Below are positions 38,906 to 53,207 of a stretch of 64,000 nucleotides of DNA, piece by piece. Made by a program: the position numbers and the translations under genes. How positions within the stretch are numbered: the first letter of the stretch is position 1; each line of letters starts with the position of its first letter. This stretch comes from Felis catus (lineage: Eukaryota), in assembly GCF_018350175.1 (NCBI RefSeq), contig NC_058368.1, forward strand, positions 55,244,001 to 55,308,000, in the 5' to 3' direction. The notes below the pieces were generated by a model. That model saw nothing but the letters and a program-made list of their open reading frames with translations. It had not been told where the DNA came from and made no database searches.

Positions 38906-41679
38906 GTTTGTTCAGTAATCTTAAGGACTCTATCAGCTAATTGTATTATATGCTATTATTTTTCTATTTGTAAGAATATATTTCCTACAAAAGTTCTCAA
39001 ATTTTTCTTCTCAAATATTACCATAAGAATCTGGTGTCCCAAAGGGAAAAATGGAAAAAGGAAACAAAGAAAAATCATAATTTACTTAGTGACCTCCAGA
39101 AAAAAAAATTAGGGCTCTGATTCTGGAGAGTAAGTTATATTTGTTAAGGAAATTAAATATTTCTCTATGAATAGGCTGTGTTGCTTATTAAAGCTCTCTG
39201 TAATAAGATTGCCTTTAAGAAGGAAGTTTGAGAGTGTCTGTCAAATAGACTTGCTCTACACTCTCATAGTAAGACCAAACGTGAAAGAGAAAACCATAGG
39301 TAAATCCTATATTAAAACTGGAAATAAGTGTCTGCTATGATTATGACTTTTTAATTTATTTAATATTTCAGCAAGTTAAATTATATAGTTAGCTTTATGA
39401 CAAGGATACTATAGGGTGATATTGGTCTCAAAACACTGGCTTACCTCATAAAAAGAGAGTCAGTATCCCCTCTGGCTTTTAATCTTTTAGTGAAGTGGTC
39501 ACTCCAATGAAGAAGGAACTCAACTCTTTCCAAATACCTACATAAACTACTCTTCACGAGTGAACTTATCTCCCCTACATTCATGCACCTCTCATCCAAA
39601 GCCAAATCTATGTCATAAAACAGGTGTTCATAAAGTAGCTGTCTTTAGATTCTTAAATTTTTAGTTCTATCCAAAGTTGTAAAATATACTTTCACCCACT
39701 TCAGAAGTAGTTTCCTGTGTAACAGGGTTGAGCTTATGAACTGTCATAATAGATTTTTTAAACTAGGCCCTCCTGCTCCCAAAATAACTCCTCCTTCTTC
39801 CACACAGTTCTTGGAACACATATTACATATTGATTTATGTGGATGGGTTTTAGAGCATGAACAGTTTTCAAGAACTACTAAATAGAGTCAAGCACTCATG
39901 TATTATTAGTACTTAACACACTTTTTCAACTGGTATATGGAGCTAGGCCATATTGGGCTCATCCAGATGAAGAAAAGCATCATGAAATGTGAGGTTGGTG
40001 CCAGTTGAGACATGAAGGTGAGAATTTTAGCAGATTAGACTCAAGAGAATCCTGACACGCCAAGTCTCTCATAAGCAACTCGTATTAAAAATTCTCTACC
40101 TAAAACTCATGCTTACATTTCTTAGGAGAAATAGTAAATTATATTACTTTGTCCCTACACTTCAAGACAAGTTAAATTTGAACAAAATATGAAGCTATTT
40201 ATATGAGTGACAGGGACATGGCTAAAGTACCAAATGCAAAGGGACAAAATCTATGCCTGCTTCTAAACTGAAGACCATTGTCAAACTCTGGCCATACTAG
40301 TAAATGCCTAACATTTAAGAAAGCAGTATTTACTAAGACATATGATTTATTATCAACATGGGTTTGGCTGATAGAGTTATACAGACCCTACTTATCCTTA
40401 ACACAAGTCATTCCCCTTTTTTAGAAGCTATGATTTTGGGTAGAATTAACCTCACTTAGAAGTGATCATGTGAAGATAATAGTTTAAAAAATGTTTTGAC
40501 TTTTTTAAATTAAAATTTATAATAAAGCATCACAAATATAAATTACAATGTTTCCAATTACAAATAAGAGAAAATCCACACCCAACTGGATTAAAAACAA
40601 GGAAGAACACAAGTGGGCCAGATTTTGAAAAAAAAAAAAAAATCACATTAAATGCAAAAAGTTGTGGCCCTTGAGCATGTTTCATCAAGATTTGGCAGAC
40701 CACTAGACTATGGTCCCATCTCTCAATGATGCCAGTTGCCATTCTTCAAAGACGTAGCCTGCTTTATTTCATAAGAACACGACTATGCCCTCCTTCATAT
40801 TTGGTGATAAAACCAACCATCTTAGGAAACTGCAGAGGGGGCTGTTGGTTGTCCAGTTATTCACTTCTGTTGTGAACTAGATGATAAAAAAATTTTCTCT
40901 GGGTAAACAGAGGATAACCACAACTAAATGTTTTTGAATTTGGTAAAACTTTCCAAGTTTTTGATAAGTTTACACCCATAATTCTGAATTTACCTCTGAT
41001 TTCATTAAAGAAAACAATACTGATATTCTCTTTTATTTTTCTCTTCAAATAAAATATCAATTTGAGAGTATAATTTTCTTTTGTTTTGCACTCTTAACTA
41101 CTTACTCAAAGGAATACACAATACTAATCCCTTTGTCCATGTGTTGTATGTTTCCAAATTAATGAGGTGGCAAGTAAAAATATGGTACACCAGTAAATCT
41201 CCATTTATTTCAAGGAACAGTTCGTGTTTTTAATAACCTCCATAACACATGGCAATTATTTAACAAACATATCCTTCTTTAATCAATAAGTTACAAAATA
41301 TTTATTGAACACTTAGTATGTTCCAAACTCCGTGTATGCATTATGCATATAGTATGCATCATGATAAATCAGGTATTCACTCTTATAGGGCATAGAAGTA
41401 TTTCCGTTAGATGTATTTTATAATATAATTTCATTCACCAAAAGACATCAAGTGTGTTTTCATCAAATATGGATATTCTATTATGAAAGGATTCATATCA
41501 AGAAATTGACTCGCTGGATACTTGTTACAATCACTTACCTATTAAGATTGGGTAACTAAAATGTAATGTGAACATTCGAGGAGAAAAACTGAATTAGCTC
41601 CATCAGTAACTTTTCCTATTCTTATGTTTTGCCATCCATATGTAAATAAATCAAAATAAGCATTTTATTTTATTTATTT

Positions 41680-41898
41680 TTTAATTTTATTTAATTAATT
41701 TTTAATGTTTATTTATTTACTTTTGAGAGAGAGAGCACAAGCAGCGGAGGAGCAGAAGGAGAGAGAGAGAATCTAAGGCAGGCTCCAGGGTCTGAGCTAT
41801 CAGTACAGAGCCCAACGTGGGGCCTAAACCCATGAACTATGAGATCACGACCTGAGATGAAGTGGGATGCTTAACCAACTGGGCCACCCAGGCACCCC
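41680..41898 (-). mobile_element. CanSINE inserted in the A-tail of the adjacent SINE
   Basis: Full element; TSD tattttatttattt (41666-41679 and 41899-41912). Confidence 0.93.
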
Positions 41899-41912
41899 TA
41901 TTTTATTTATTT

Positions 41913-42111
41913 AAAAAAATTTCAATGTTTATTTATCTTTGGGGTCAGAGGGAGAGAGACAGAGACAGAGACAGAGCCAGAGAGACAGAGTATCTGAAGT
42001 AGGTTCCCCACTATCAGTGCAAAGCCTGATGCAGGGCTTGAACTCTTGAACCAAGTGATCATAACCTGGGCTGAGGGTGGACACTCAGCTGACTGAGCCA
42101 CCCAGGTGCAC
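41913..42111 (-). mobile_element. Older CanSINE
   Basis: Outer TSD caaaataag(c/t)atttta at 41652-41667 and 42112-42127 brackets both SINEs. Confidence 0.93.
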
Positions 42112-42719
42112 CAAAATAAGTATTTTAGACAATTAATTACTACACCCATCTAAAGACAATGAAACAACTACTGCATTTTGAGTAGATATATATTACACAA
42201 CTTTAGACATCACATTTTAAGCATGTCCTTGACAAATTAAATTATCCCCAGAAGAACTGATACCAGGACTTAATGATGATTGTATTTATGACTATATGAA
42301 TTGTTTCTGTTAATTTAATTTTGAGCTGTTAAAGTTTTCTCTATAATGCATTAATATTGATAAGAAAAGAAATTGGTTGAATGAAGAAGCACATAGTTTA
42401 TTGCTTATTAATTCACATAAATCACAAATACCAGGATCCTAACTAAAAATCACAAAGATTCTCAATGTAATACACACGTGTATGTGGTTATGTGTGTGTG
42501 GAGAGAGAGCGAGTGAAAGGGAGGAAGAAAAAGAGGAGGAGGAGAAGGAGGAAAAGGAGAAGGGGAAGGGGAAAAAGGAGCAGGGAGAGACCTAGAATAT
42601 GATGAAATCTGTACACTTAAATTTCAGGTTTTTCTTTTTTCCCCCTAAATTCTTTATTCAGAACTTACTAGATGCCTTTACTACATATTAGACATTATTG
42701 CAGTTATTATAAATTGTCC

Positions 42720-43162
42720 TTGTTACAGTCATAGGGTGAAACAAACAAATTAATTAATAATTTTAGGAGAGTTACACAGATCTTTTAAAAAACTATTCAA
42801 ACTATTACCTATGGGAAAACTACAAGGGAAATTGAGTACCATTGAGGCGGGAAGAGTGGGGCATCCTAGTCAAGGATAGGTAATGAAACACTGGAAATAA
42901 AGCTGCCTTGCAGAAGCTATGACCTTTGGTTGATGGATGAAGCCAGTCGATGGTGTTCTCATAGGGAGTTCACTGAAGAAATGAATAACTGACTTCAGTC
43001 CTCTCTTCCTATTGTTTGCCACTGTCTGAACCCCAACCATCCAGAATCCCAAAGGCAAAGGATCCATTTAGACATTCCAATCAAGTCAGCTACCAAGGCA
43101 CAGAGCATGGAAACAAAGGATGAAGAGTACCTCTGAAAAGGTAAACTCATGATATTCAGCCC
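42720..43162. mobile_element. Old ERVL-type LTR fragment
   Basis: ccagaatcccaaaggcaaagga...gtcagctaccaaggcacagagca...gatattcagc resembles LTR33/LTR41-type termini. Confidence 0.5.
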
Positions 43163-45380
43163 AAGGAAGAGGTATGTAAAATATATATTTTTTTCTTTTG
43201 TAAAACCTAGTGGAAGTAAGAGCCTTGTTTATCAGTGTTCACAGTTATATCCACCAGTAAATTTTAGAAACACAATCCATATTTTTAATGAATGTATGCA
43301 TGAATAAGGGAGCAGTGGCAGCTATTCTTAAATTATTTAAAAAACAGAATATAGAGTATTCTTGTTCTACTCTGCTCCAGAGAATTAAAATTATGACTGA
43401 AGCATTATACATAGAAGGAGGCTAAACAAAAGAAATACATTTTTAAAAAGTAGAAATTGTCTGCTAAATAATGAAATACCTTATTAGTGCTGAGCTTTCT
43501 GCCAATGAACTCATTCAAATAGAGATATGATGTTTTAGAAAGACCGAAGCAGAATGAATCCGGGAACTGAATAGGCTCTTAGACTTGCTGCACACTAATA
43601 TCTCTACCACTTCTAAGATCCTTCCATTATGGGACCCACAGGAGACATTTATTTCTGTCTTAGTATCAGGAGAGCTGTGCTTCTCTTGAGGAACTGTTTG
43701 TTGTTAGCCCATAGGGACATTCTAAATCTCTATACAGATCTTGGCTTTGGCAGTCAAGAATTTTACAACCAAATTTGTGGTTCATTTTAGCAAATGTGTA
43801 GAATGTTTTATGACTGTTGTATTTGCATATTAACACTACCTCTGGCTTTTCTTATTTTTCTTTAATGCACCATACATCTATTTTTTAATCTTGCTGATTA
43901 TTTTCTAACTTATTTATATGCCTTTTGGGGGAAAAAGCAGGCAACAGTCTTCCATAATTCTGTTGTTTAAAAGTTCTAAATAATTCCAAGGAGAAAAAAA
44001 TAGGTAGCTGACAATTTATTTAAATTCTCTTCAAAAACACATGCTGCAGGGGTGTTTTTGCATTGTAAATTCTGCCCCACCCCTTCACTATCTGGTTGTT
44101 TCCATCTCAAAGTTGCAGGGAAGGTACTGATAAATGTGCCTCCTATGAAAGCAAATTCCTAAAAGAGAAGAATTTTAGATTACTGCTAAGTTTGAAACTA
44201 TTAAAATGTTTCTGATATTTGAGGTAGCCTGGCAGAGACTTGAGTATAGGAAAAATAAGACTGAATTCTTGGGGGTAATTAACTCAAGTGGAGAGAGGTT
44301 ATGAGATAGAGGAGGAGGTTCAATGCCCAGGCCTCTCCCATGGTGGTGTTGGGTTCACATTGTGTAGCACATAGTGGAAGCTCTCGCTGGAATGAGCAAT
44401 TCTCGAACCAGAAGCATTCATTAATAGAAGACTGGGTGTAAATATAAAAAAATATATAAATAAACACATGAGCAAAAGAATTTAGAGATCAAATATAAAA
44501 TGGTATGTGTTAAGCATATTTAAGAAAGTCTTCTCTACGTTCCCTACCCCAACCCCCATACACACAGACCAATACCAGGGAATCTTCACGATGAGTACAG
44601 AAAAAAAGGTCACTGCCCTTTTTCAAAGAGAATCATATTTAGCAGGAACTGCTAGTTTCCAATTATCTCTCTGTTTGATGCTTGTAACTAGAATGAAACC
44701 TACAATGTTTGAAAATAGTCATAGTTCAAAGAAATGTGTGTATGTGTGTGTGTGGATGAATCTCTGAATTCCTAGTTGAAATATTCAAACATACTAAGGA
44801 TATTTATACTGATTAAGTTGAGTTTTAGTTTTGAGTAAGGAAAAACAAATCATTTGTATTGGCATTATTTGATTCTTACAAAAATCAAGTGATATAAAAA
44901 CAACAAAATTTTTTATCTCACCAAAAAAGGCTCAATAGGTTTATGTGACCTAATGATGTTACATGTACATTAAATAAAGTCAAAGTTGGGGTCAAAACTA
45001 GGGTTTTGTCACAACAAAGTTTTCACATTAATAAATTATTAAGATTTCTAAGCATGATGTATTTCCCACCAATACAGGATGCTATAAGAGACATTTCTAT
45101 ATTACACTGTATGCTAATTAACTGATGTTTAAATAAATTTTTTTAAAAAAGATAAAAAAATAAAATTATTTTTAATTCATCAAAAAATTTTTATTTAGAA
45201 TAATGTAAGAAAGCCATACTCCCTATATTATGGGCAAAATATAAATTCCATCAATAAAGAAACACCTAAAAATGAAAATGTTTCCTTGAAAATCTATGGC
45301 TAAATTAAAGAGGTAAAGCTACTTAGTTGACATCAGTCACTTTTAAGATTTATAACTCCAATGAAAGTGACTATTGTAAA

Positions 45381-45606
45381 ATTTTTTTTTTAATTTTTTT
45401 TTTCAACGTTTATTTATTTTTGGGACAGAGAGAGACAGAGCATGAACGGGGGAGGGGCAGAGAGAGAGGGAGACACAGAATCGGAAACAGGCTCCAGGCT
45501 CTGAGCCATCAGCCCAGAGCCCGATGCTGGGCTCGAACTCACGGACCGCGAGATCGTGACCTGGCTGAAGTCGGACGCTTAACCGACTGCGCCACCCAGG
45601 CGCCCC
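45381..45606 (-). mobile_element. Very young cat CanSINE (SINEC_Fc)
   Basis: CpG-intact copy; TSD actattgtaaa. Confidence 0.98.
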
Positions 45607-45974
45607 AACTATTGTAAATTTTGAAAACATCTCTATCTAATCACATTTGGTGAGCCAAGTTCTCATTTTTAATCCAAAATATTTCTGAAAAACGTCTTGG
45701 GAATTCCATTTTGGAAAATGCAAGTAATTTTTCACATTTCTCTATTATTTCATTAATTCATAGTGTGATTATATTCCAATATAATTTAGCATATTAATTC
45801 TCAATTGAAATATTTGCAAGTACACATTCTACACACTCTTTCTTTACAAAGAGAAACAATGATTTGCATGTACTCAGCCATCACAATATTTGAATGTATC
45901 TTCAAAAAAGGAAAACATGGATGAAACTTTGAAAGTCACACACTGTAAATATGAAAACTTTAAAAGCAGAGCCC

Positions 45975-46183
45975 GGGGGCGCCTGGGTGGCTCGGTCGGT
46001 TAAGCGTCCGACTTCAGCTCAGGTCATGATCTCACAGTTCGTGAGTTCAAGCCCCGCGTCGGGCTCTGTGCTGACAGCTTGGAGCCTGTTTCGGATTCTG
46101 TGTCTCCCTCTCTCTCTGCCCCTCCCCTGTTCATGCTCTGTCTCTCTCTGGCTCAAAAATAAATAAACGTTAAAAAAAAAAAA
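45975..46183 (+). mobile_element. Young CanSINE
   Basis: Pure A tail; TSD aaaagcagagccc. Confidence 0.97.
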
Positions 46184-48002
46184 AAAAGCAGAGCCCATAA
46201 AACAACAGAATTTTGAGAATATTAAGATGATTTGGCCAAAATTATTACACAGCTGGAACTAAATATCTGGACAGTTGTAGTCAACATTTCTTTACTTTTT
46301 GCTGTCCATAATGCTCCCATAAGTTCTTTATATAATATGAAAATTTTATAAAACTATTTTACAATAGAATGAAAACAATTTCCAAATTTCTTGTTGTAAA
46401 GAATTAGTCAAACTTTTAAAAACTCCCCTCAATATATGAAATAGTTAAAAGGGAGTGAGGAAACAAGTGTGTTAACAACATGTCAATTCAGCTAGTCACC
46501 AAGAAAAACAATTTGGAAACTGATCATCTAGCAAAATGTTGTTGGTAAATAAATGTGTGGAGTTCAACTGAATAGTGATAACTTGTTATAACTGTATTGC
46601 ATTGATAATATGTTATAATATATTGGGTTTACTACAATGTATGTAATGGAACCCCCAGCCTACTTTTCATTTTCTTCAAACAACGAATTGCTATTTGGAA
46701 TTGTTGCTAGAATAAGGCAAAAAAAAAAAAAAATTAAACCACACACATACAAAATTCACTTGGATACATTACTCAGGAAGAATTCACTGAAATATTTTCT
46801 ATTGCTAAATGTAATACAGAAACACTCGCTACTTTCAGATTCATTATTCCTGGGTGTGGATATTTTCATAACTACAAGGAAGGTTAGAACAGGAAGCAAT
46901 GGAGAGGGAAAGTAGGGGGTTGACTGATTAGGCAGAGCACACAGTCTAATTCTGAGCTAGCATTCATCAAGAAGAGTTAATGAAACAATTTCATCTGTTA
47001 CCATGAAACATGAGCTGTATGTTTTTTGTGGAGATCATCTCAAATTGCACGTGACTAAATTTTAATATTTGTGTCCATTAGTGGTTTTCAAATGAGATAA
47101 TCAAAATAGTTTATTTAAAAAGTTTTAAAAATAACTCAAAACAACTTTCCAAAGTTATTGTGATGAAATTTGCCAAATTATTATCTAAAACTATTGGAAG
47201 TATTCTATTCTTTATTTTCCTTTTTAATATAAATATTAGGAATTGATGTTCAAAACTAATTGCATTTTAATATTTTAATTATATTTCAAATTAATCTGTC
47301 ATTAAATAAAATATTCTTTAAAAGTTTCTTTCTTTTTCATATCACTTCTCACTCACTAAGTCTCATTTAATTATTCTCACTTTGCATCAATGATTTAGCA
47401 TTGTTTTTCCTGTGGTAATTCATTTGAAGTCTCCAGTAACAAAAGAAGCAAACTGGGTTCAGCTACCTCATTTTTCATTGATGGAAACAGAACTTTTACA
47501 AAAGATTTTAAACACACAGCTTAAAGCAAAAACTGATTGCTACATTATCTTCATATAATATGAAAAATTCTGAATACACAAACTCCCTCCCTGAAAAAAA
47601 TCTGCTTAAGTAATATTTGCCTTCTAAATATGGTTCATTTCTCAAGCACAAATTGATTATGATTACAGTATCTTTCCATTTCAGTTACATGTTTAAAAAT
47701 TAGAGGAAAGGCCATGCATTATCAATCAAAGCATCATTTAGGTCACAGCATGTGGCTCTTGTTCCCAGTTTCTTGAATGCAGGATTAGAGTGCAGCAGTG
47801 CATTTAATTGGAATTTAGATATCCTAACATTCTGTCTTTCATCAGAGTGGTTGGGATGCCTGACAAATGAATGGTCTGTTGTATTACAGTAGTGTTCAAT
47901 ATAGGAAGTGTTAGTTTAAGGAAAAGATACTGAAAGTGAAGAATTGCAAATTACTAAGTGACCTATTCACATTTGAAATGCCCATGCCTTTTAAATGTTT
48001 AT

Positions 48003-48221
48003 GGGGGCGCCTGGGTGGCTCAGTCGGTTAAGCGTCCGACTTCAGCCAGGTCACGATCTCGCGGTCCGTGAGTTCGAGCCCCGCGTCGGGCTCTGGGCTG
48101 ATGGCTCGGAGCCTGGAGCCTGTTTCCGATTCTGTGTCTCCCTCTCTCTCTGGCCCTCCCCCGTTCATGCTCTGTCTCTCTCTGTCCCCCCAAAAATAAA
48201 TAAACGTTGAAAAAAAATAAA
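48003..48221 (+). mobile_element. Very young cat CanSINE (SINEC_Fc)
   Basis: CpG-intact copy; TSD taaatgttta. Confidence 0.98.
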
Positions 48222-48940
48222 TAAATGTTTACAACCACTAGCCTTATAAGAGGTACCATGCACCAATGAGAAAACAATTTAGCAAGGTTATGTTAGGAAA
48301 TCCTTGAATTTCTCATTGAAGTAAAATCAAATTTATATATTTATTACAGCCAAAGAGTGGAAAGTGCAAGGCTTTTTAAATAATGCACAATATAAATATT
48401 AAAGACTAATTTGTTAAATTGCTTGAGAGCAAAATCTTAAATTTTCAATTTGTTAAAATTCTACTGGGATCTTGTAGTGAAAACAAAACATATTTCTTTA
48501 GTCATGTGACAAACATACATTCAAACACACACTGTTACTTTTATATTCAGACTTAGGTAAGACAGGAGGTCTGATATATTTGGTAACTGGCATGAAACAT
48601 GTTGGAATGATGGATCCAGCATGACATAGTAAGGATGAGACAGATAATGGAATACTGTGCAAGCTAATTCCATAAATGTGGCTTAGAAAATAAGAACCGT
48701 CTAAAGTTGCAATTTAAATTTGTCTATCATTAACACCAGTCTAGAATCAGCAATCTTCAAAATGTGGTTATAATCATATCGATATTTTTATAACAAGGAA
48801 ATCAGACAAAATCCCTAATCTGTTCACAATTTTCTAAATTCTTAGCAGTTTTCAATGAGGAGATGTGTTCACAGATGATAGTGTTTCCACTTAGTGAGTT
48901 GGGATGGGATAAAGTTCTAGCTCCAAGTCACCCTCCACCA

Positions 48941-49035
48941 TTCCTTCCTTCCTTCTTTCCTTCCTTCCTTCCTTCCTTCCTTCCTTCCTTCCTTCCTTCC
49001 TTCCTTCCTTCCTTCCTTCCTTTCTTCCTTCCTTC
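48941..49035. repeat. (TTCC)n polypyrimidine microsatellite at a SINE tail
   Basis: Read directly from the sequence. Confidence 0.93.
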
Positions 49036-49054
49036 CCCTGTTTTCCTTCTTTCT

Positions 49055-49224
49055 CTTTTAGAAAGAGAAAAAGAGTGAGCAGGGGAGAGGAGCAGAGAGA
49101 GAGAAAATTTTAAGCTGCCTCCAAGTTCAGCCTGACATGGGGCTCAATCTCACAACTGTGAGATCACGACCTCAACTGAAATCAAGAGTTGGATGCTTAA
49201 CCAACCGAGCTACCCAGGTGACCC
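49055..49224 (-). mobile_element. Older CanSINE
   Basis: Diverged element in reverse orientation. Confidence 0.9.
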
Positions 49225-50440
49225 TACACTGTTCCACTCTTAAGGGAAAGGTAGAATACACGAGTAGGCAGACAGCAGAGTGTTTATACACTAGACTTAC
49301 AAGACAATATGGTTGAGTAAAAAAGAACTTCAACCCAAGATAACATAAGTATATACAAGTTCTCCCTGAGTCTTTTATGTTAAGATCTAATTGAGAACAA
49401 AAGACACTCACAGAATGGTAGGAATGTACATTTATCATATCATTGGTTAAAGAAGATAAATTAAGATTATCTTAAAATACAGAAAAAAATAATTAAAGAA
49501 AATAAAACATAAAACTAGTTAGCAAAAGAGACCTTATTTGATAAAGTCTTAATATGGAAAACATCATGATTTGTAACAGACTTAATATTTTTTAAGTTAA
49601 ATGATATAAACATTACTATCATGACTTCTATTAAATATTATGCTGAAAGGCCAAGCTAATGCGTAACCACTCGGACACTACTAGTATACTATTAACAACT
49701 TTTTAAAAATCTAACAAAAAATAAAAGAAGAAAAAGTATATATATTAGTAATTACAGCAACACCTATGAAGTTTCCAGGGATAATTTTATAGGAATTATA
49801 GTAGAATATAATAAAGAGAAGTATGAATGTATCACTAAAGGACACAGTGAGATATATAAGATGTTCATGGAAGGATACACTAAATATTGTACAGAAAACA
49901 ATTCTCTATTTCACTTAAGATTAAATTTGATGACTTATGATATATATGTGTTCACAGTAACATAACAAAATCAGAGTTTATTTTATTCATTCAAAAATTC
50001 TGGACAGAGCCTATAATGATTTGTGAAGCTGTCCCATGAAAAGATCAATATCCCAGTTTCCTTCTATCTTTCTCTGGCATTAATCTCAGCAGAAGCATAT
50101 TTTGAAGATAAACAGAATCCTTTTGAGGGCTGGTTGTAGCTCTGTAAATGTAAGTTAGAAATCTCAATGACTCCAAATTATTGTGTAATCAATTTGAAGG
50201 ACAGAGTTGCCATCAACTGAGATAGGATGCTGGGTAGTGTCAGGGTAGGTCAGGAATTCACTCTGACACTCGTTAGACAAAACTCAAGTAAGGAGATACA
50301 TATACATGTCTGGGACTGTCTATAGTAGAGATAAAATGTGGAGGTCATGATTATACAGATGTCATTTAAAGTCTTAGTACAGAAACTTATCTACAAGAAA
50401 TACATGCAGGTAGAAGGAAGGATTAAGAATGGAGCTCTGA

Positions 50441-50661
50441 GGGGTGCCTGGGTGGCTCAGTCGGTTAAGCGTCCGACTTCGGCTCAGGTCATGATCTCGG
50501 GGTCCGTGGGTTGGAGCCCCGCGTCGGGCTCTGTGCTGACAGCTCAGAGCCTGGAGACTGTTTCAGATTCTGTGTCTCCCTCTTTCTCTGACCCTCCCTT
50601 TTCATGCTCTCTCTCTTTCTGTCTCAAAAATAAATAAATCTTAAAAAATAAAAATAAAAAA
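50441..50661 (+). mobile_element. CanSINE inserted in L2-like sequence (~50170-51330)
   Basis: Full element; TSD aagaatggagctctga. Confidence 0.97.
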
Positions 50662-51144
50662 AAGAATGGAGCTCTGAAACACTGTAACAATATAAGGTTG
50701 TACAGAAGAGGAGAAACCAAAACAAATCTTTTTAAAGGAGTATCTACTGAATTAAAAGGAAAACCAAGAGAATAAAATGACCTGAAAAAAAAATGAATAG
50801 ATTTAAGGACTGTATCAAGTATTCTTGAGATATCGTGCAAAAAATTAAGAGAATTGACTTTAGTTTTAGTGGCATTGATTAATTGGTATTTTGATAAGTT
50901 ACACAGTCTTTATAATGTGGTGAAGTTGAAAGATTGGTGTTGAGTTAGGCAGGAATGGGGAAAGTATTGATGCTAATAAAATTACATAATTATTTTATTT
51001 TTTTTTTTGACATGTGTTTTGCTCAAGGGGAATCAAATAATTATAGCCATAGTTGGGGAAAATATACCTATACCTATACCTATACCTATACCTATACCTA
51101 TTATACAATAGGTATAATAGGTATATAATAGGTATATGAATATA

Positions 51145-51178
<34 letters not shown>

Positions 51179-51892
51179 TAAACCTATGTATGAAAAAGAG
51201 TGTTTTTTCATTGATGTCCTTATGCAGATGAAAGAGGTTAGAATCCAGGGTACATATGGAAGGGTTTGGTTTTGAGTGGAGCATAAATAATTTTTAGGTT
51301 AACAGCTGGGAACAAAATGTGAGTAGATGTAGTGGTGTGAATCTTTGGGTGGCTCCACTCTGACTGCTGATGTTCATCCCAACATCAACTTCTTTCCTGC
51401 CTTCCTGGCAAGGAAAAAAAAATGAAGTAATGATAAGGAAGCAGGAGAACCCAGACTGACAAAACAAAATTATCCCAGATACTTCAGTGGAATTTCACTT
51501 ACTAATCACTGGCCAGCATTTATCTGACACTGACAAATGTTTTGCCTTTTCTCTTTAACAGGGTATATTATTGTATTGGGAAAAATGGTGGGTTTTAGCA
51601 TGGAATAAGAGAAGAATGGAATTTGTATAAAGGGAGCATCAGTGTCTTTTATACTCAATGCAGCACTCAACACAATCTTTCAAAGAACTTTACAAACTGG
51701 AATTAACCTCGTTTCAACAAGAAAATTGTCAAAAAAAAAAGAGTTTGATAAAAAGAAGGAAACAAAAAGGAGTTTTTGATGTCTGGATGGTAAAGTATCA
51801 GCAGCAATAGTAATTAATGAGAAGTGATTCAGAAATAAACACTTTTATTAATGTGACAGAATAGAGTCCAGAAAGAGATTTAATTTATAATG

Positions 51893-52408
51893 TGACCAAG
51901 ACAGCTGCAACATTCTCCTCAGCTTGACTATACTTTCTACAGGTTTCTTCTTGAATCTAGGATCCTGATCTCCCTTTTCTCAGAACATTTACATCAGAAA
52001 ATTTTTAAATTCTTTCTCTGCTCCTTGAGATGTGTTTTTTTTTTCAAAATTTACAACCCAGAAATGCCTTTCTTGAGGACCTGGGAGGTATCCCTATGAA
52101 ATGTGGTCATCAAGAGAGATGGAGCCCCTGTCTCTCAGTCATTGTGGGTGGATAGGAGCCTTATTTCAGTAAGCACCAATTAGCAAACACATTGGCCTAA
52201 TTACATTGACCAATTTCTTCCCTAATGTCTTCCAGTTCTTTTCCACTAACTCACTTCAGTGTTTAAAAACTTCTGCCTTTTGTTTCAGTGGAGGTTGGAT
52301 TCAGTTTCTCTCCTTTATTGCTTTGCCTTCTTTTCTAAATAAAGTCTCCCTCTTTAAGTCTCTCTTGCCTGTATAACTTATATTATACAGTATAATTTTT
52401 CTTTGACA
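51893..52408 (+). mobile_element. ERV1 solo LTR (MER31-like)
   Basis: tgacc...cattctcctcagcttgacta...ataatttttctttgaca; AATAAA; perfect 4-bp TSD aatg. Confidence 0.88.
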
Positions 52409-52575
52409 AATGAAATTGTGTGTAATAGTGTTATCAATCTGTAGGTAAATGATTTTTTATTCATAAAATTGTATGAGAGGACCTATTTGGGGGAAATGAT
52501 CCTATTTCACACTGTTATCAAAAATAAAATCAAATTAACTTAAAAACAAAAAAGTTTGAAAAATGTAAAACTATA

Positions 52576-52778
52576 GCTGTGCCTGCATGGCTCAGTTGGT
52601 TAAGTCCCTGATTCTGATCTTGGCTCAGGTCATGGTTTCATGGTTCATGGGATTGAGCTCCACATCGGGCGCTGTGCTGACAGCACTGAACCTGCTTGGT
52701 ATTCTCTCTCTCCTCTCTCTGCCCCTCCCTTGTTTATGTTCTCTCTCTCTCAAAATCAATAAATAAACATTAAAAAAA
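52576..52778 (+). mobile_element. CanSINE
   Basis: TSD gaaaaatgtaaa(a/t)ctata. Confidence 0.94.
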
Positions 52779-53207
52779 GAAAAATGTAAATCTATAATAT
52801 TATAGGATAATTTATTATTTTTCTCATAAAATACGTTTTGCAAGTTTAATTTGTTCTGAAGTCTAGTATAAATACTAGGAATTTGTAAACATGAGAGACC
52901 TTATCTCTGCTCCCGTTAAAACAAAAAAACATTGATCAATTCGACTAAAGAAAACTAACAAGTCAAATAATCAATACTTCTATATTTCAAAAGATATTTT
53001 ACAAATGAAATATATATAACTAAAAGCCTAGAAGAAAATGTGTCCAACGAATATATAAAAATTCTATTCAGAATGCATCAAATATTTCTACAAAGTGAAA
53101 AAGGAAAAGGAAAAAAAAACTTCCAAAAGAAGTTGAACAAAATATATGAATGGGTGGCTTTTACAAATACACCTTGTTTCCAAAATATATCAGAAGGAAG
53201 CCCACGC

